DNA from: Bradyrhizobium sp.
Lineage (GTDB): Bacteria; Pseudomonadota; Alphaproteobacteria; Rhizobiales; Xanthobacteraceae
Assembly: GCF_036009065.1 (NCBI RefSeq)
Contig: NZ_DASYMN010000102.1
Span: 3,202-67,201 of the forward strand
DNA length: 64,000 nt
Direction of reading: 5' to 3'
Position 1 is the stretch's first letter. Every line of letters starts with the position of its first letter. The notes below the pieces were generated by a model that was given only the letters and a program-made list of their open reading frames with translations, had not been told where the DNA came from and ran no database searches. Of the stretch, positions 46,769-57,101 are shown one piece after another. Both the position numbers and the translations under genes were made by a program.

Positions 46769-48058
46769 CTACCTCATATTCGCCGGCGCGTGTATATGCC
46801 ACAAGTCGGTGCGCCAATGCAGCGCGATAGTCAGCATCAGCAGCAGCCCGGTGGCCCCATAGAGCGTCGCGGTGGCGACGAATCCGATCTCGCCGATCAG
46901 GTTGCCGGCCGCCAGCAGGCCGAGCGGCAGGCTGTAGATCGCCAGCATGCGCACGCCCATCACCCGGCCGCGGAAATGCTCGCTCGCGGTGCGCATCAGG
47001 ATCACCGCGATCGAGATCATGGCGAGACTCTGCGAGAAGCCGGCCATCATCAGGCACGCGACCGCGGCCGGCATGTTCTGCACATGTGCGAATACCAGCA
47101 GCGTCACATACCACAGGATCGTCGCACCGATCATGAGACGGGCGATGCGGATGCCGCCGACCAGGCTCAAGGCAATCGACCCGATCAGCGAGCCGACTGC
47201 GAAACTAGCGGACAGATATCCAAGCCCGGTCTGGTTGGTGCCGTAGATGTCGCGCGCGATGTACGGCAGCAACCCGTTGGACAACGGATAGGCGGTCAGG
47301 TTGGCGAGGAACGCGATCCAGATCGCAGCCTGCATCCGCGGCGTGGTCCAGACATAGGCGATGCCCTCTTTCAAATCGCGCATCGGCGAACGTCGTATTG
47401 CTTCGCTCGCCACCTCATCGATGGGATGCGGTTTTGAGGGTGCAATCACGCGGAGGGTGAGCAACGTGCTTGCGATATAAAGACTGACGATCGCCACGTA
47501 GGCCGGTCCCATGCCGAGCGCCGCGAACAATCCGGCGCCGCTCAGCGCGCCGGCGATCCGCGCGGTATCCATCGTGGTGCGGGAGATGCTGATCGCGCCG
47601 ATCAATTGATGGTGCGGCATGATGGTGGCGACCAGCGCGCCGCGGACGCCAAGATCGGACGGACGAACGAGACCCATCACCGCCACGATGATAAAGACAT
47701 ATAGCGGGGTCAAATAGCCCGCGAACGCGAGCGTCATCAGCGTAATGGCGAGCACGGCATAGGTCGCGCGCATGATCGCGAGCAGATCGCGGTGGCCGAT
47801 GCGGTCGCCAACCACGCCGAACATCGGCGCGATCAGCGTGCCTATGAAATTGAGCGCCGCGAACAACGTGAGCAGCAGCACCGAGCCGGTCTCGACCAGC
47901 ACGTACCAACCGAGAATCAGCGTCTCCATCTCGAATGCCCATGACGTGAGCAGATCCGCCGGCCACTGAAAACGGTAGTTGCGTATCCGGAAGGGCGCCA
48001 GCGCCGAAGGGCGCGCGAGCTCGCTCAAAACCCAAAGCCGCGATTCATCGCGTTCCAC
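46769..48058 (-). CDS. MFS transporter
   Basis: About 12 hydrophobic helices; GVVGDRIGHR motif A; RGRVMG. Confidence 0.88.
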   Translation of the reverse strand: MERDESRLWVLSELARPSALAPFRIRNYRFQWPADLLTSWAFEMETLILGWYVLVETGSVLLLTLFAALNFIGTLIAPMFGVVGDRIGHRDLLAIMRATYAVLAITLMTLAFAGYLTPLYVFIIVAVMGLVRPSDLGVRGALVATIMPHHQLIGAISISRTTMDTARIAGALSGAGLFAALGMGPAYVAIVSLYIASTLLTLRVIAPSKPHPIDEVASEAIRRSPMRDLKEGIAYVWTTPRMQAAIWIAFLANLTAYPLSNGLLPYIARDIYGTNQTGLGYLSASFAVGSLIGSIALSLVGGIRIARLMIGATILWYVTLLVFAHVQNMPAAVACLMMAGFSQSLAMISIAVILMRTASEHFRGRVMGVRMLAIYSLPLGLLAAGNLIGEIGFVATATLYGATGLLLMLTIALHWRTDLWHIHAPANMR

Positions 48059-48262
48059 CCTTAGCTGTTTCTTGTTGTTCCAAGAACGGATTTGCCCGCG
48101 ATGGAAGTTGTTTCCTGAAAGTGGATACAGCGCTGATATCGCTTATGTCAATTACGATAGGCGGTCACGATCAATCGCGTCGTTACCTGCGGTGCTATCT
48201 ATTCAGGTCGAGATACAGCGCCAGCTGACGTCAGGAACCGCGCTGACCACAGCCTGATGCCC

Positions 48263-49318
48263 TCAGCCAACAAAGATGCGTTCAACTAACCAGTAGGTGC
48301 CGACCAGAGCGACAGCCAGCGAGACGAAGCGCGGGGTCAGCTGCGCGCCGCGTCCGCGTGACAGCCACATCAGCGCTGGCAGGAAGACGGCGACGAAGAG
48401 TAGCTGCCCGATCTCGACACCCAGATTAAAACCCACCAGTCCGCGTACCAGCGCGGCCCCCTTCAGGCCGAGTTCGCCAAGTGCGGAAGCAAACCCCAGG
48501 CCATGCACAAGGCCGAAACCGAAGCTCCAAATCCACCGCCTCCGGTCTGGCTCGGACCCGAAAAGATTTTCCAGCGCGACCCAGACGATCGTCGCCGCGA
48601 TCAGCGGTTCGATGATGCGGTCAGGTATCGTCACGATGCCCAGCGCGCCCACGGTCAGCGTCACGCTGTGAGCCAGGGTGAATGCCGTGACGATGCGCAC
48701 CACCGACCACAGGCCTCGCGCAGTAGCGAGCAGCACCGCCAGGAATAGCAGATGGTCATAGCCGGTGAGGATGTGCTCGACACCGAGCCTGACGAAGTCG
48801 AGCCAGCTCGTCGCGGCCGTGCGGTCGATGTCCACGCTTGCGGTCTTCGACGCCTCCCCGAAGGTCACTTGGCGCTCGCCGCTGGTCGTGCGGAGATTGC
48901 CGAGGGTCTGGTAATGCTCGCCCAGAAAGGCGCTCCAGTCTTCGGCGATGTCGAGGCGGCCATGTGTGGCGTCGCAGGTAAAGTCGATCTCGATCGTTGA
49001 ACGCGTCTCGTTTGCGCCGGCGCCGCCGATGCGCACCCGCCCCGTGCGACAGCGGACGCCGGCGAGGCCGATCGTGACGCTGCTGCGCGCCGCTTCGGCA
49101 ATCGTCTCCGCCGCTGCGCGGTCGCCGTTGGCTGCAGCGATGAGGATGCTCGCCGACGCGGCCGGAAGCTCGGGCAAGGCGACAGAAAGCGCATAGCGCA
49201 CGCGACCGGCTGCGACTTCGATGCGCAGCAATCCCGTCGTGGTCACATGTGCAAGCGCGCCGCCGCAGCAAATGAGCGCCAGCCAGACTGCCGCCCATTG
49301 CATGAGCCTCGCCGTCAC
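48263..49318 (-). CDS. HupE/UreJ family protein with N-terminal periplasmic domain
   Basis: AH after signal peptide; GVEHILTGYDHLLF, FTLAHSVTL, FGLVHGLGFA, FNLGVEIGQ; GTG start with GGAGG overlapping upstream stop. Confidence 0.88.
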   Translation of the reverse strand: MTARLMQWAAVWLALICCGGALAHVTTTGLLRIEVAAGRVRYALSVALPELPAASASILIAAANGDRAAAETIAEAARSSVTIGLAGVRCRTGRVRIGGAGANETRSTIEIDFTCDATHGRLDIAEDWSAFLGEHYQTLGNLRTTSGERQVTFGEASKTASVDIDRTAATSWLDFVRLGVEHILTGYDHLLFLAVLLATARGLWSVVRIVTAFTLAHSVTLTVGALGIVTIPDRIIEPLIAATIVWVALENLFGSEPDRRRWIWSFGFGLVHGLGFASALGELGLKGAALVRGLVGFNLGVEIGQLLFVAVFLPALMWLSRGRGAQLTPRFVSLAVALVGTYWLVERIFVG

Positions 49319-49836
49319 GGCGCTCCTCCCGTCCGCTCCCATTCTTCAGCCACGAAGGCCGGCAGCAGCACGATCTGCAAACTTCCGTCAATCCTCGCAT
49401 AGTGCGACAAGCCCATCAGATTGGTGACGCCGAACGAAATGGCGAACACCGAAGCGTCGGGTCCGCTCAGGGTAATGCGCAGCCGGGGCGGAGCGAGGCC
49501 GAATTGCGCGGCGCCGGCCCGATCGACGTCCGCCTCGGTCAGGACGCGGTCGGGCCCCGAATTGCGCAGCAGCTTGAGCGCGCTGTCGAGGCGCGCCTCG
49601 AAACCCGCGGTGGCTGTCCCCTGCGTCGGGCGCCAGCCGTCCTGCGTGCGCACGAAATGCCAATGGCCGCGCGGGGTGGCGAGATCGACCTCCCGCACCT
49701 CCTCGATCGGGATCGTCATCAGTCCCTTCGGTACGAACGGCTCAAGCCCCGGGCCGCTGCGACCGCCGGTAAACGCCAGCGTCACCAGAAAGGCCGTGGC
49801 GCCGAGCGCAGCAGCGGCCCAGGCCAGCCTGTTCAT
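49315..49836 (-). CDS. DUF4340-like protein
   Basis: N-terminal anchor, FVRTQDGW, FGLAPPRL, FG..N....Y; ATGA-coupled in a Gld-type ABC operon. Confidence 0.65.
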   Translation of the reverse strand: MNRLAWAAAALGATAFLVTLAFTGGRSGPGLEPFVPKGLMTIPIEEVREVDLATPRGHWHFVRTQDGWRPTQGTATAGFEARLDSALKLLRNSGPDRVLTEADVDRAGAAQFGLAPPRLRITLSGPDASVFAISFGVTNLMGLSHYARIDGSLQIVLLPAFVAEEWERTGGAP

Positions 49837-51395
49837 CGGCGCCACCACCACATCGCGCTGCCGGCGAGCGCTATCAGTCCGGGCATTAGCAGGACCGTGA
49901 TGAAGAAAATGCCGCGCATCTGTTCGCCGGTGAGCGATACGGTGGGAAGCACTTCGACAGGCGGTTTCATGGACGGCGCCCTTTCCTCACGCGCGAGCCA
50001 CGCGAGTTCCGCCAGCACGGCGTCGGAATTGGCCAAATAGGGAAAGAAGGAATTGGAGGCGAAATCGGCGTCGCCCGCGACAATGATGCGGAAGGGCGTT
50101 GCCACCGACTCGTTCAACCGTCCCTCCGCGGCGACAGCGATGATCTGCGATGCGCGCGGCCCGGACTTCGCCTTCGATTGGTCCCCGAGACGATTTGCGA
50201 TGACGTAACTGTCGGCACTGCTGCTGGCGAGCGGCATCACCTGCACGCCCGGCGCGGGTAAGACCTCCAGCGGACGCGCGCCGGGATAGAACGAGAGCGC
50301 CAGTCCCCGGGTGGCAGGATGAGGGCCGTAGCGCGCTACGGCGATCATCTGCTCGTCGGTGAAATAGTGCTCCATCGGATCGACGATCACACCGTCGCGC
50401 GCGGCGATGCCGGCGCCGGCAAGCAGGGCCGCGAGGCTGTCGTCGACCGCGTAGTCGGGCTCGATCAAGAACATTGCAGAGCCACCGCGCTCCAGATAGC
50501 CGCGCAGCACGTCGGTCTCGCCAGGGCTGTAGCGGGTCCGCGGATTAGCTTCGACAATCACGGCGCAATCATCCGGGATCGGCTGCCCGGTGGCGAAAGC
50601 GACCTTGCGGGCGACCAGGCCCAGCTTCTCAATGGCGCGTCGCAGACGGCCGAGACCGTGCTGCTCCATCTGCACGACACCGGTGCTGGAGACGTCGTGG
50701 CTATGATTGTGCGCGCCTTCGAAATGCGTGTGAAATTCGAAATTGTCGATGTCGTATTCGCCGTGACCCGCCGCAAAGCAGACCACGACCTGGCGTCTCC
50801 GCAGCAGCCGCAACAAGCCGAGCGCGATCTCGCGATCGTCCGTGGTGATCACTTCAACACGGCGGTCACCGAGGCGTAGCACGGCGGAATTGTAGGTCCG
50901 TACGCCCAGGCTGCTGGCCAGTGCCGGGTTCTGGTCGGCGTCAATCAGCTGCACGCGGAAATTCAGATTCTGTCGCTCCAATTGCCGCAGCATTGCGCCG
51001 AGTGCGCGCGCAGCCAGGTTCTGCTTCTGGTAGAAATAGGCGATCTCGACCTGTTCGCTGAGCCCGCGCACGACCTCGCGCACCTCCACCGACGGAGTGA
51101 AGGCTTTTTCGTGCGTGAGGTCGAGGTGCGCGTCGTGGCGAAACAGCGCCAGATTGGCGAGAATCGCGACCGTCAGGGCGGCGGCGGCAACAAGTGTGGC
51201 GGACGCGACGCGGCTGGCGAAGGCCAGCCTCGCCGGCACTTTCAATCCGGCCACAAAGAGCAGCACAAGCGCGAATACGACTCCGGCAAACCAGCCGAGA
51301 TTGATCCAGTCGAGCGATTGCAGCGACTGCAGGAGAGAGTGAAGAAAGCTGGCGTCCTCGGCCGGCAGGTCCTTGAAACCTTGCTGGTCGGTCAT
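49833..51395 (-). CDS. GldG-like ABC transporter auxiliary component
   Basis: DLT.EKAF, GHGE, YLERGGSAMFLIEP, RIIVAGDADF..N, C-terminal TM helix. Confidence 0.85.
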   Translation of the reverse strand: MTDQQGFKDLPAEDASFLHSLLQSLQSLDWINLGWFAGVVFALVLLFVAGLKVPARLAFASRVASATLVAAAALTVAILANLALFRHDAHLDLTHEKAFTPSVEVREVVRGLSEQVEIAYFYQKQNLAARALGAMLRQLERQNLNFRVQLIDADQNPALASSLGVRTYNSAVLRLGDRRVEVITTDDREIALGLLRLLRRRQVVVCFAAGHGEYDIDNFEFHTHFEGAHNHSHDVSSTGVVQMEQHGLGRLRRAIEKLGLVARKVAFATGQPIPDDCAVIVEANPRTRYSPGETDVLRGYLERGGSAMFLIEPDYAVDDSLAALLAGAGIAARDGVIVDPMEHYFTDEQMIAVARYGPHPATRGLALSFYPGARPLEVLPAPGVQVMPLASSSADSYVIANRLGDQSKAKSGPRASQIIAVAAEGRLNESVATPFRIIVAGDADFASNSFFPYLANSDAVLAELAWLAREERAPSMKPPVEVLPTVSLTGEQMRGIFFITVLLMPGLIALAGSAMWWWRR

Positions 51396-52093
51396 CGCTG
51401 CGCAAGTCCCCAAGTGGTTAGGAAAAGCGCCAGCATGCTCGCGGTGACGAAATAGCCGATGTCCGACAGGAACACCGAACCGCTGACCATCGGTTTGAAG
51501 TGGCCGATCAAAGAGAGGTTGATAGCCAAGCTATCGAATGGGGGCGGCAGAAGATAGGACACCGAATCCGCGAACCAAAGCATCAGGAAGGTGCCGATCG
51601 ACAGCGCCGCGGCGACCACCTGGTTCTCGGTGATGCTCGACATCAGAAGGCCGACCGCGACCAGCAGCGAGGCGTGAAGTACCAGCGCCAGATAGCCCGC
51701 ATAGATCGGCCCCCAGTCCGGCTCGCCGTAGCGGTCGAGGATGACGGCGTAGACCAGCGTCAGCGCGAAAATTCCGATCACCAGCGTCAGCGTAGCGGCG
51801 TATTTCGCCAGCACGACCGAAAGTTCCCGAACCGGCGCGGTGAGCAGCAGTTCGAGCGTCTCCGATCGCCGCTCTTCGGCGAAGGTGCGCATCGTCAGCA
51901 CCGGCACCAGGAGGATCGACAGCACGTACATCTGGTGAAAGATGTATTGGAGGTTCGCGACCTTGGTGACGAATAGCGTCAGGCTGAACGTATAGCCGAG
52001 CACAAGCAGGAATACCGCCGCAACCGTATAGCCGATCGGCGACGTCAGCGTCGCGTTCAGCTCCTTGGCGAAGAGGATGCGCAGCGTTCTCAT
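51392..52093 (-). CDS. ABC-2 permease (GldF-like)
   Basis: KEL...SPIGY, TMRTFAEERRSETLELLLTAP. Confidence 0.88.
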   Translation of the reverse strand: MRTLRILFAKELNATLTSPIGYTVAAVFLLVLGYTFSLTLFVTKVANLQYIFHQMYVLSILLVPVLTMRTFAEERRSETLELLLTAPVRELSVVLAKYAATLTLVIGIFALTLVYAVILDRYGEPDWGPIYAGYLALVLHASLLVAVGLLMSSITENQVVAAALSIGTFLMLWFADSVSYLLPPPFDSLAINLSLIGHFKPMVSGSVFLSDIGYFVTASMLALFLTTWGLAQR

Positions 52094-52845
52094 GTCAGCG
52101 ACAAAAACCAGCCTTCGAGATCCGGGGTGTCGGCCATTGCCCGGACGCCGAGCAACCGACCGTTAAGCAGCACCGCCACCCGGTCGCAGGTCTTCTCCAT
52201 CTCGCTGAGTATATGCGAACTCATGAGCACCGTGTGGCGCCCGGCAAGCGAGCGGATCAGCTCCCTCATTTCGATGATCTGGCGCGGATCAAGCCCGTTG
52301 GTCGGCTCATCGAGGATAAGGATGTCGGGATCGTGGATCAGCGCCTGGGCAAGGGCAGCCCGCTGACGGTAGCCGCGCGACAGGGCGCGCGTAGGCTTGT
52401 CCACGACAGCGCCCAACGCGAGTCGGTCGACGACCCGCTCCACGGCGGTGGCGACCGCCGGTTCAGGCAGCCCGCGAAGCCGCGCCATGAATGCGAGGAA
52501 TTCGCCGACGCGCATCTGCCGATAGAGAGGGGCTGATTCGGGCACATATCCGATACGCCGGCGCACCGCGAGCGAATCGCGCACAGCGTCCAGCCCTGCC
52601 ACCGTGAGCCGCCCCGCGGAAGGCAACAGATAGCCGGCGAGCAGCCGCATGAAAGTGGTCTTGCCGGAGCCGTTCGGCCCCAAGAGGCCGAATACCTCAC
52701 CGCAGCGAATGTCGAGCGAGAGTCGGTCGAGCGCCGTCACCGAGCCGTAGCGTTTGCTTACGTTGACAGCCGAGATGGCCGGAGCGTCCGTCGTTCGGGC
52801 CCGGGCATCGTCCGGCGGCGCCGCGTCGATTGACGAGATGATCAT
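52090..52845 (-). CDS. ABC transporter ATP-binding protein (GldA-like)
   Basis: GPNGSGKTT, LSRGYRQR, LDEPTNGLDP, SSHILSE. Confidence 0.92.
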   Translation of the reverse strand: MIISSIDAAPPDDARARTTDAPAISAVNVSKRYGSVTALDRLSLDIRCGEVFGLLGPNGSGKTTFMRLLAGYLLPSAGRLTVAGLDAVRDSLAVRRRIGYVPESAPLYRQMRVGEFLAFMARLRGLPEPAVATAVERVVDRLALGAVVDKPTRALSRGYRQRAALAQALIHDPDILILDEPTNGLDPRQIIEMRELIRSLAGRHTVLMSSHILSEMEKTCDRVAVLLNGRLLGVRAMADTPDLEGWFLSLT

Positions 52846-52966
52846 GCAGCGCCCCAAAAAAGCAGCACCGGCCCCTGCAAGACAAGCTTCCTGCTACATC
52901 GCCCCGGCGGGCTCGCCTGGAGATCTGGTGCGGGCGCCCCTCGGAGAGCCCGCGCCGGTTCAGCTC

Positions 52967-53833
52967 TCAATCATAGAAATCGGGCGCTTGCTTCGTCGCT
53001 TTGAAGATCTCCGGATCGTGTCCGTAGAAAATCTGCGCATTGTTGGCGTCGCGCACCAGCCGAATGCGCTGGTAGCTGCGATAGGCGTCGCCCGGATTCT
53101 GTGTTCCCGGCATGGGCGGAATGAGATTCTTGTCGAGGTTTTCCTTGAGATAGACAACGTCGCTGGTGAGGATTACCGAGCCGGTCTTGGGCAGCTTCAC
53201 GGTCACGAACTGGCTGCCAGGGGTATGGCCAGGACCACGCATAATGCGCACCGAGCCGTCGTCGAACAAGTCCAGGTCGCCATTGAGGCGGATGATGTTC
53301 ATCTTCTTCGTGTCGGCAAAATCGCCCGGAATGTAATAGACGGAGAAGCCGACATCGGGCCACCAGGCAGCCTTCAGCTCATCTTCCTGGACGACGAGGG
53401 TCGAATTCGGAAACTGACCAACATTTCCGCCGTGATCGAGGTGCAAGTGACCGGCGACCACGTATTTAATGTCATCGGTCTTGAGGCCAATCTTGGCCAG
53501 CTGCGCCGGGATCGCGTCATCCTTCGTCATCTTGAGGCCAAAGCCCTTGGCGAGCGGTCCCCACCATCCCTCGGCGTCGGTTATCGTCTTGTCGTTGTTT
53601 CCGGTGTCGATAATGACGTTGCCCTTGGGATGTTTGAGCACGTAGAAGCTCACCGGCGCCCAGTCGATATTGCCTTGCCCGCCCATCTGCAGGGCGGCCT
53701 TCGGGAACCCCCCCAACGAGCCGGATGTGAAGACATAAAGTTTCGGCCCTTCTTGTGCGGCGGCCGGCGCAGTGGCGCTCGCCGCAAGGCCGAGCGCGAT
53801 AGCTAGACTCACGGCAATATGCTTCGTCGTCAT
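52967..53833 (-). CDS. N-acyl homoserine lactonase-family metallo-beta-lactamase-fold hydrolase with signal peptide
   Basis: IIDTG, HLHLDHGG (HxHxDH), PGHTPG, SD, YGHD; Sec signal ending APAAAQ. Confidence 0.85.
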   Translation of the reverse strand: MTTKHIAVSLAIALGLAASATAPAAAQEGPKLYVFTSGSLGGFPKAALQMGGQGNIDWAPVSFYVLKHPKGNVIIDTGNNDKTITDAEGWWGPLAKGFGLKMTKDDAIPAQLAKIGLKTDDIKYVVAGHLHLDHGGNVGQFPNSTLVVQEDELKAAWWPDVGFSVYYIPGDFADTKKMNIIRLNGDLDLFDDGSVRIMRGPGHTPGSQFVTVKLPKTGSVILTSDVVYLKENLDKNLIPPMPGTQNPGDAYRSYQRIRLVRDANNAQIFYGHDPEIFKATKQAPDFYD

Positions 53834-54484
53834 AGCGTTTTCCTTCCTTCGCCTTCGTTTTTCCGGGCTCTCTGTAGGCACAAAGCCCCGCCCGACGCGG
53901 TCGAGGCCAAGTACCCAAGAATAGATTGAGCGCCCCGGCAAATGCAAGTTGTGAATGGTCTTCTACGTGGAACGGCTTGGCCATCGCCGGCATCACGAAT
54001 TATCCGAGCAGACGCTCAGCGGGCTTAGACGCCCTGGACGCGGCTCGACCAGCACGGCGGCGAATTTCCTTTGAAGCAGCGATATAACTGATTTGGATAT
54101 CTGACCTGCATTTTGGGGCCGGATACATAAAAAGCGCACTTCGTTGGAGAAATACTCTCTCTTGTTGGGACAAGATTTACAGGCGCGGCGGCTACCAACG
54201 CCAGCCTCACATAGCCGGACGGCTTGCTTGCAGACCGGACTCCCGTCCCCGGTTGGTAAACGAGGGATTAAGCCGGGGCCGATGTTCCGTACCGGCAAAC
54301 CGGCCGGAAATGCCGATTTACCCATTAAACGCAGGTGAAATAACCCCCGCGATCGCCGGCCGCCAGAATCCCGCGCGAATATGTCTGGGTTTTGACGGTC
54401 TTCGAAGTCCGCGGCTTAACAATTTCTCCAATAAACCCCTGCATAGTCGGGCAAACAAAGGGCGCGGCGACGCGAATTTCAGAC

Positions 54485-56236
54485 ATGTCAATTTCAACGG
54501 CTTCGGCAACCTTCGGGCGCGTGATTTCGGTCCGCGGTTCCCTTGCGCGAGTCGGCCTGCTGGCGGCGAGCCAGATGAACCACACCGAAGTGCGGGCAAC
54601 CGTCGGCCGTTTCGTCAGCATCCGCTGCTCGAATTCCACGATCGTCGCGATGATCACCGAAGTTTCCTGCGAAAATCTGCCGACCTCCGACATCTACATC
54701 GCCAGCGCCTCGGTCGACCTGCTCGGCGAAATCCTCGGTGGCCCGGTACGGCCCAAATTTCAGCGTGGCGTCACCAACTATCCGACCATCGGCGACACCG
54801 TCGACCTCATCACCAATCAGGAACTGCGAACCGTCTACGCACCGTCGGGGTCGGATCAGATCAACGTCGGGACCTTGCAGCAGGACCAGTCCGTGATTGC
54901 CTATGTCGACGTCGAGGAAATGCTCAGCAAGCATTTTGCCGTGCTCGGCTCGACCGGCGTCGGCAAATCCAGCGGCGTATCGCTGCTGCTGAATGAAATT
55001 TTGCGCGCCCGGCCGAACCTGCGCATCTTCCTGCTCGACGTTCACAACGAATATGGCCGCTGCTTCGGCGACCGTTCCCTCGTTCTCAACCCGCGCAATC
55101 TGAAGCTGCCGTTCTGGCTGTTCAATTTCGAAGAGATCGTGGACGTGCTGTTCGCCGGCCGGCCCGGTGTGCCGGAGGAACTGGATATCCTTGCCGAAGT
55201 CATCCCGATGGCGAAGGGAATCTATACGCAGTACCAGAACGCCGACCGGGTGGGACTGAAGCGGATCGATCCCAAAAGCATCGGCTATACTGCGGATACG
55301 CCGGTTCCATACCGTCTGGTCGATCTGATTTCGCTGATCGACGAACGCATGGGCAAGCTGGAAAACCGCTCGTCGCGCATCATCTATCACAAGCTGATTT
55401 CGCGCATCGAGACGGTGCGCAACGATCCGCGCTACGCCTTCATGTTCGACAACGCCAATGTCGGCGGCGATACCATGGCGGAAGTCATCAGCCACCTGTT
55501 CCGGTTGCCTGCCAACGGCCGGCCGATGACCATCATGCAGCTCGCGGGCTTCCCCGCTGAAGTCGTCGACTCCGTGGTGTCGGTGCTGTGCCGGATGGCG
55601 TTCGATTTCGGGTTGTGGAGCGACGGCGTTTCGCCGCTGCTGTTCGTCTGCGAGGAAGCGCATCGTTACGCCTCGGCGGACCGCAATATCGGTTTCGGGC
55701 CGACCCGCAAGGCGGTATCGCGCATCGCCAAGGAAGGCCGCAAATACGGCGTGTATCTCGGCCTCGTGACGCAGCGTCCTGCGGAACTCGACGCGACCAT
55801 CATTTCACAATGCAACACCCTGTTCGCGATGCGTCTTGCGAACGATCGGGACCAGGCACTGTTGCGCTCGGCGGTTTCGGACGCCGCGGCAAACCTGCTG
55901 TCGTTCGTGCCCTCGCTCGGAACCCGCGAAGTGCTCGCATTCGGTGAAGGCGTGGCGCTGCCGACCAGGTTGCGCTTCAAGGAGGTCCCGGCGCATCAAC
56001 TCCCGCGCAGCGAAGCCGCAATTTCAACCGTGCCGTCGGTCGCCGCCGGTCACGACATGCATTTCGTCAGCGCCGTGCTGGAGCGCTGGCGCGGAGCCAC
56101 CTCGCATCGCGACGTGCCGAACGATCCCGGCATCACCGAGCGGCCGGCTGCACGCACGGTGGAAGCACCGATGCTGCAGCCGTCGATGGGTCTCGACCCC
56201 GACCGCTTCTCGCTTCTCAAAAAGCCGCTGCGCTAA
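54485..56236 (+). CDS. HerA-like (DUF87) ATPase
   Basis: GSTGVGKS Walker A, CEEAHRY Walker B, AKEGRKYG, TQRPAEL, SQCNT. Confidence 0.88.
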   Translation: MSISTASATFGRVISVRGSLARVGLLAASQMNHTEVRATVGRFVSIRCSNSTIVAMITEVSCENLPTSDIYIASASVDLLGEILGGPVRPKFQRGVTNYPTIGDTVDLITNQELRTVYAPSGSDQINVGTLQQDQSVIAYVDVEEMLSKHFAVLGSTGVGKSSGVSLLLNEILRARPNLRIFLLDVHNEYGRCFGDRSLVLNPRNLKLPFWLFNFEEIVDVLFAGRPGVPEELDILAEVIPMAKGIYTQYQNADRVGLKRIDPKSIGYTADTPVPYRLVDLISLIDERMGKLENRSSRIIYHKLISRIETVRNDPRYAFMFDNANVGGDTMAEVISHLFRLPANGRPMTIMQLAGFPAEVVDSVVSVLCRMAFDFGLWSDGVSPLLFVCEEAHRYASADRNIGFGPTRKAVSRIAKEGRKYGVYLGLVTQRPAELDATIISQCNTLFAMRLANDRDQALLRSAVSDAAANLLSFVPSLGTREVLAFGEGVALPTRLRFKEVPAHQLPRSEAAISTVPSVAAGHDMHFVSAVLERWRGATSHRDVPNDPGITERPAARTVEAPMLQPSMGLDPDRFSLLKKPLR

Positions 56237-56352
56237 CCGTCCGAAGCAATCTTCGGCGCCGCGCGACTGTTGCGTGGTCGCGCTTTCCGTTGCGACCATC
56301 ATCGATTATGATCGCGGGCGAGTGCATCCGCCGCTCGAACCGGACCGTTCTG

Positions 56353-56931
56353 ATGTCGCAGCCCACGCCTAAGCGCTTCCCGATACCTGCCCTCGACAAG
56401 CTTCCGGACGATATTCGCGACCGCATTCTGGCGGTGCAGGAAAAATCCGGCTTCGTTCCCAATGTCTTTCTCACGCTGGCGTATCGCCCGGATGAGTTTC
56501 GCGCGTTCTTTGCCTATCATGATGCCTTGATGGACAAGGACGGCGGCCTGACCAAGGCGGAACGCGAAATGATCGTGGTCGCCACCTCCAGCGCCAATCA
56601 ATGCCACTACTGCGTCGTCGCGCACGGCGCCATTCTGCGCATCCGTGCGAAGAACCCGCAGATCGCCGACCAGATCGCCATCAACTACCGCAAGGCGGAC
56701 ATCACGCCGCGGCAGCGAGCGATGCTCGATTTCGCCATGAAGGTGAGCGCCGAGGCAGAGAAAATCTCCGAGCAGGATTTCAGCGATATCGCCCGCCACG
56801 GTTTCAGCGATGACGACATCTGGGATATCGCCGCGATTTCGGCGTTCTTCGCGCTGTCGAACCGGATGGCCAACCTCACCGGGATGCGCCCGAACGACGA
56901 ATTTTACATGATGGGCCGTCTGTCGAAGTAG
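56353..56931 (+). CDS. Peroxidase-related AhpD-family protein
   Basis: GFVPNVF, EREMIVVATS..NQCHYCVVAH. Confidence 0.9.
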   Translation: MSQPTPKRFPIPALDKLPDDIRDRILAVQEKSGFVPNVFLTLAYRPDEFRAFFAYHDALMDKDGGLTKAEREMIVVATSSANQCHYCVVAHGAILRIRAKNPQIADQIAINYRKADITPRQRAMLDFAMKVSAEAEKISEQDFSDIARHGFSDDDIWDIAAISAFFALSNRMANLTGMRPNDEFYMMGRLSK

Positions 56932-57101
56932 GTCATTTTGGTCAGGATGACCCCGAACAAAAATCCGCGGGCTCCTCGGCAGACGCAGCACTAACCTAGC
57001 CGCTCCCAGTCGTTATCGCATTTGTGCCATGCGGACTTTGTTTGTGGGACGTGGCCTCGGAATGCTACAAGGGGTGTCGAATGTCGCGGGATCAGGCAGC
57101 G

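Noticed and set aside
54180-54310. Riboswitch or ncRNA
   Set aside because: Some stems are present but no conserved aptamer motif that I recognise.
39223-54400. Integrase or attR copy of the tRNA-Gln 3' end
   Set aside because: None seen by eye, so no mobile element is annotated; a computational search is still warranted.
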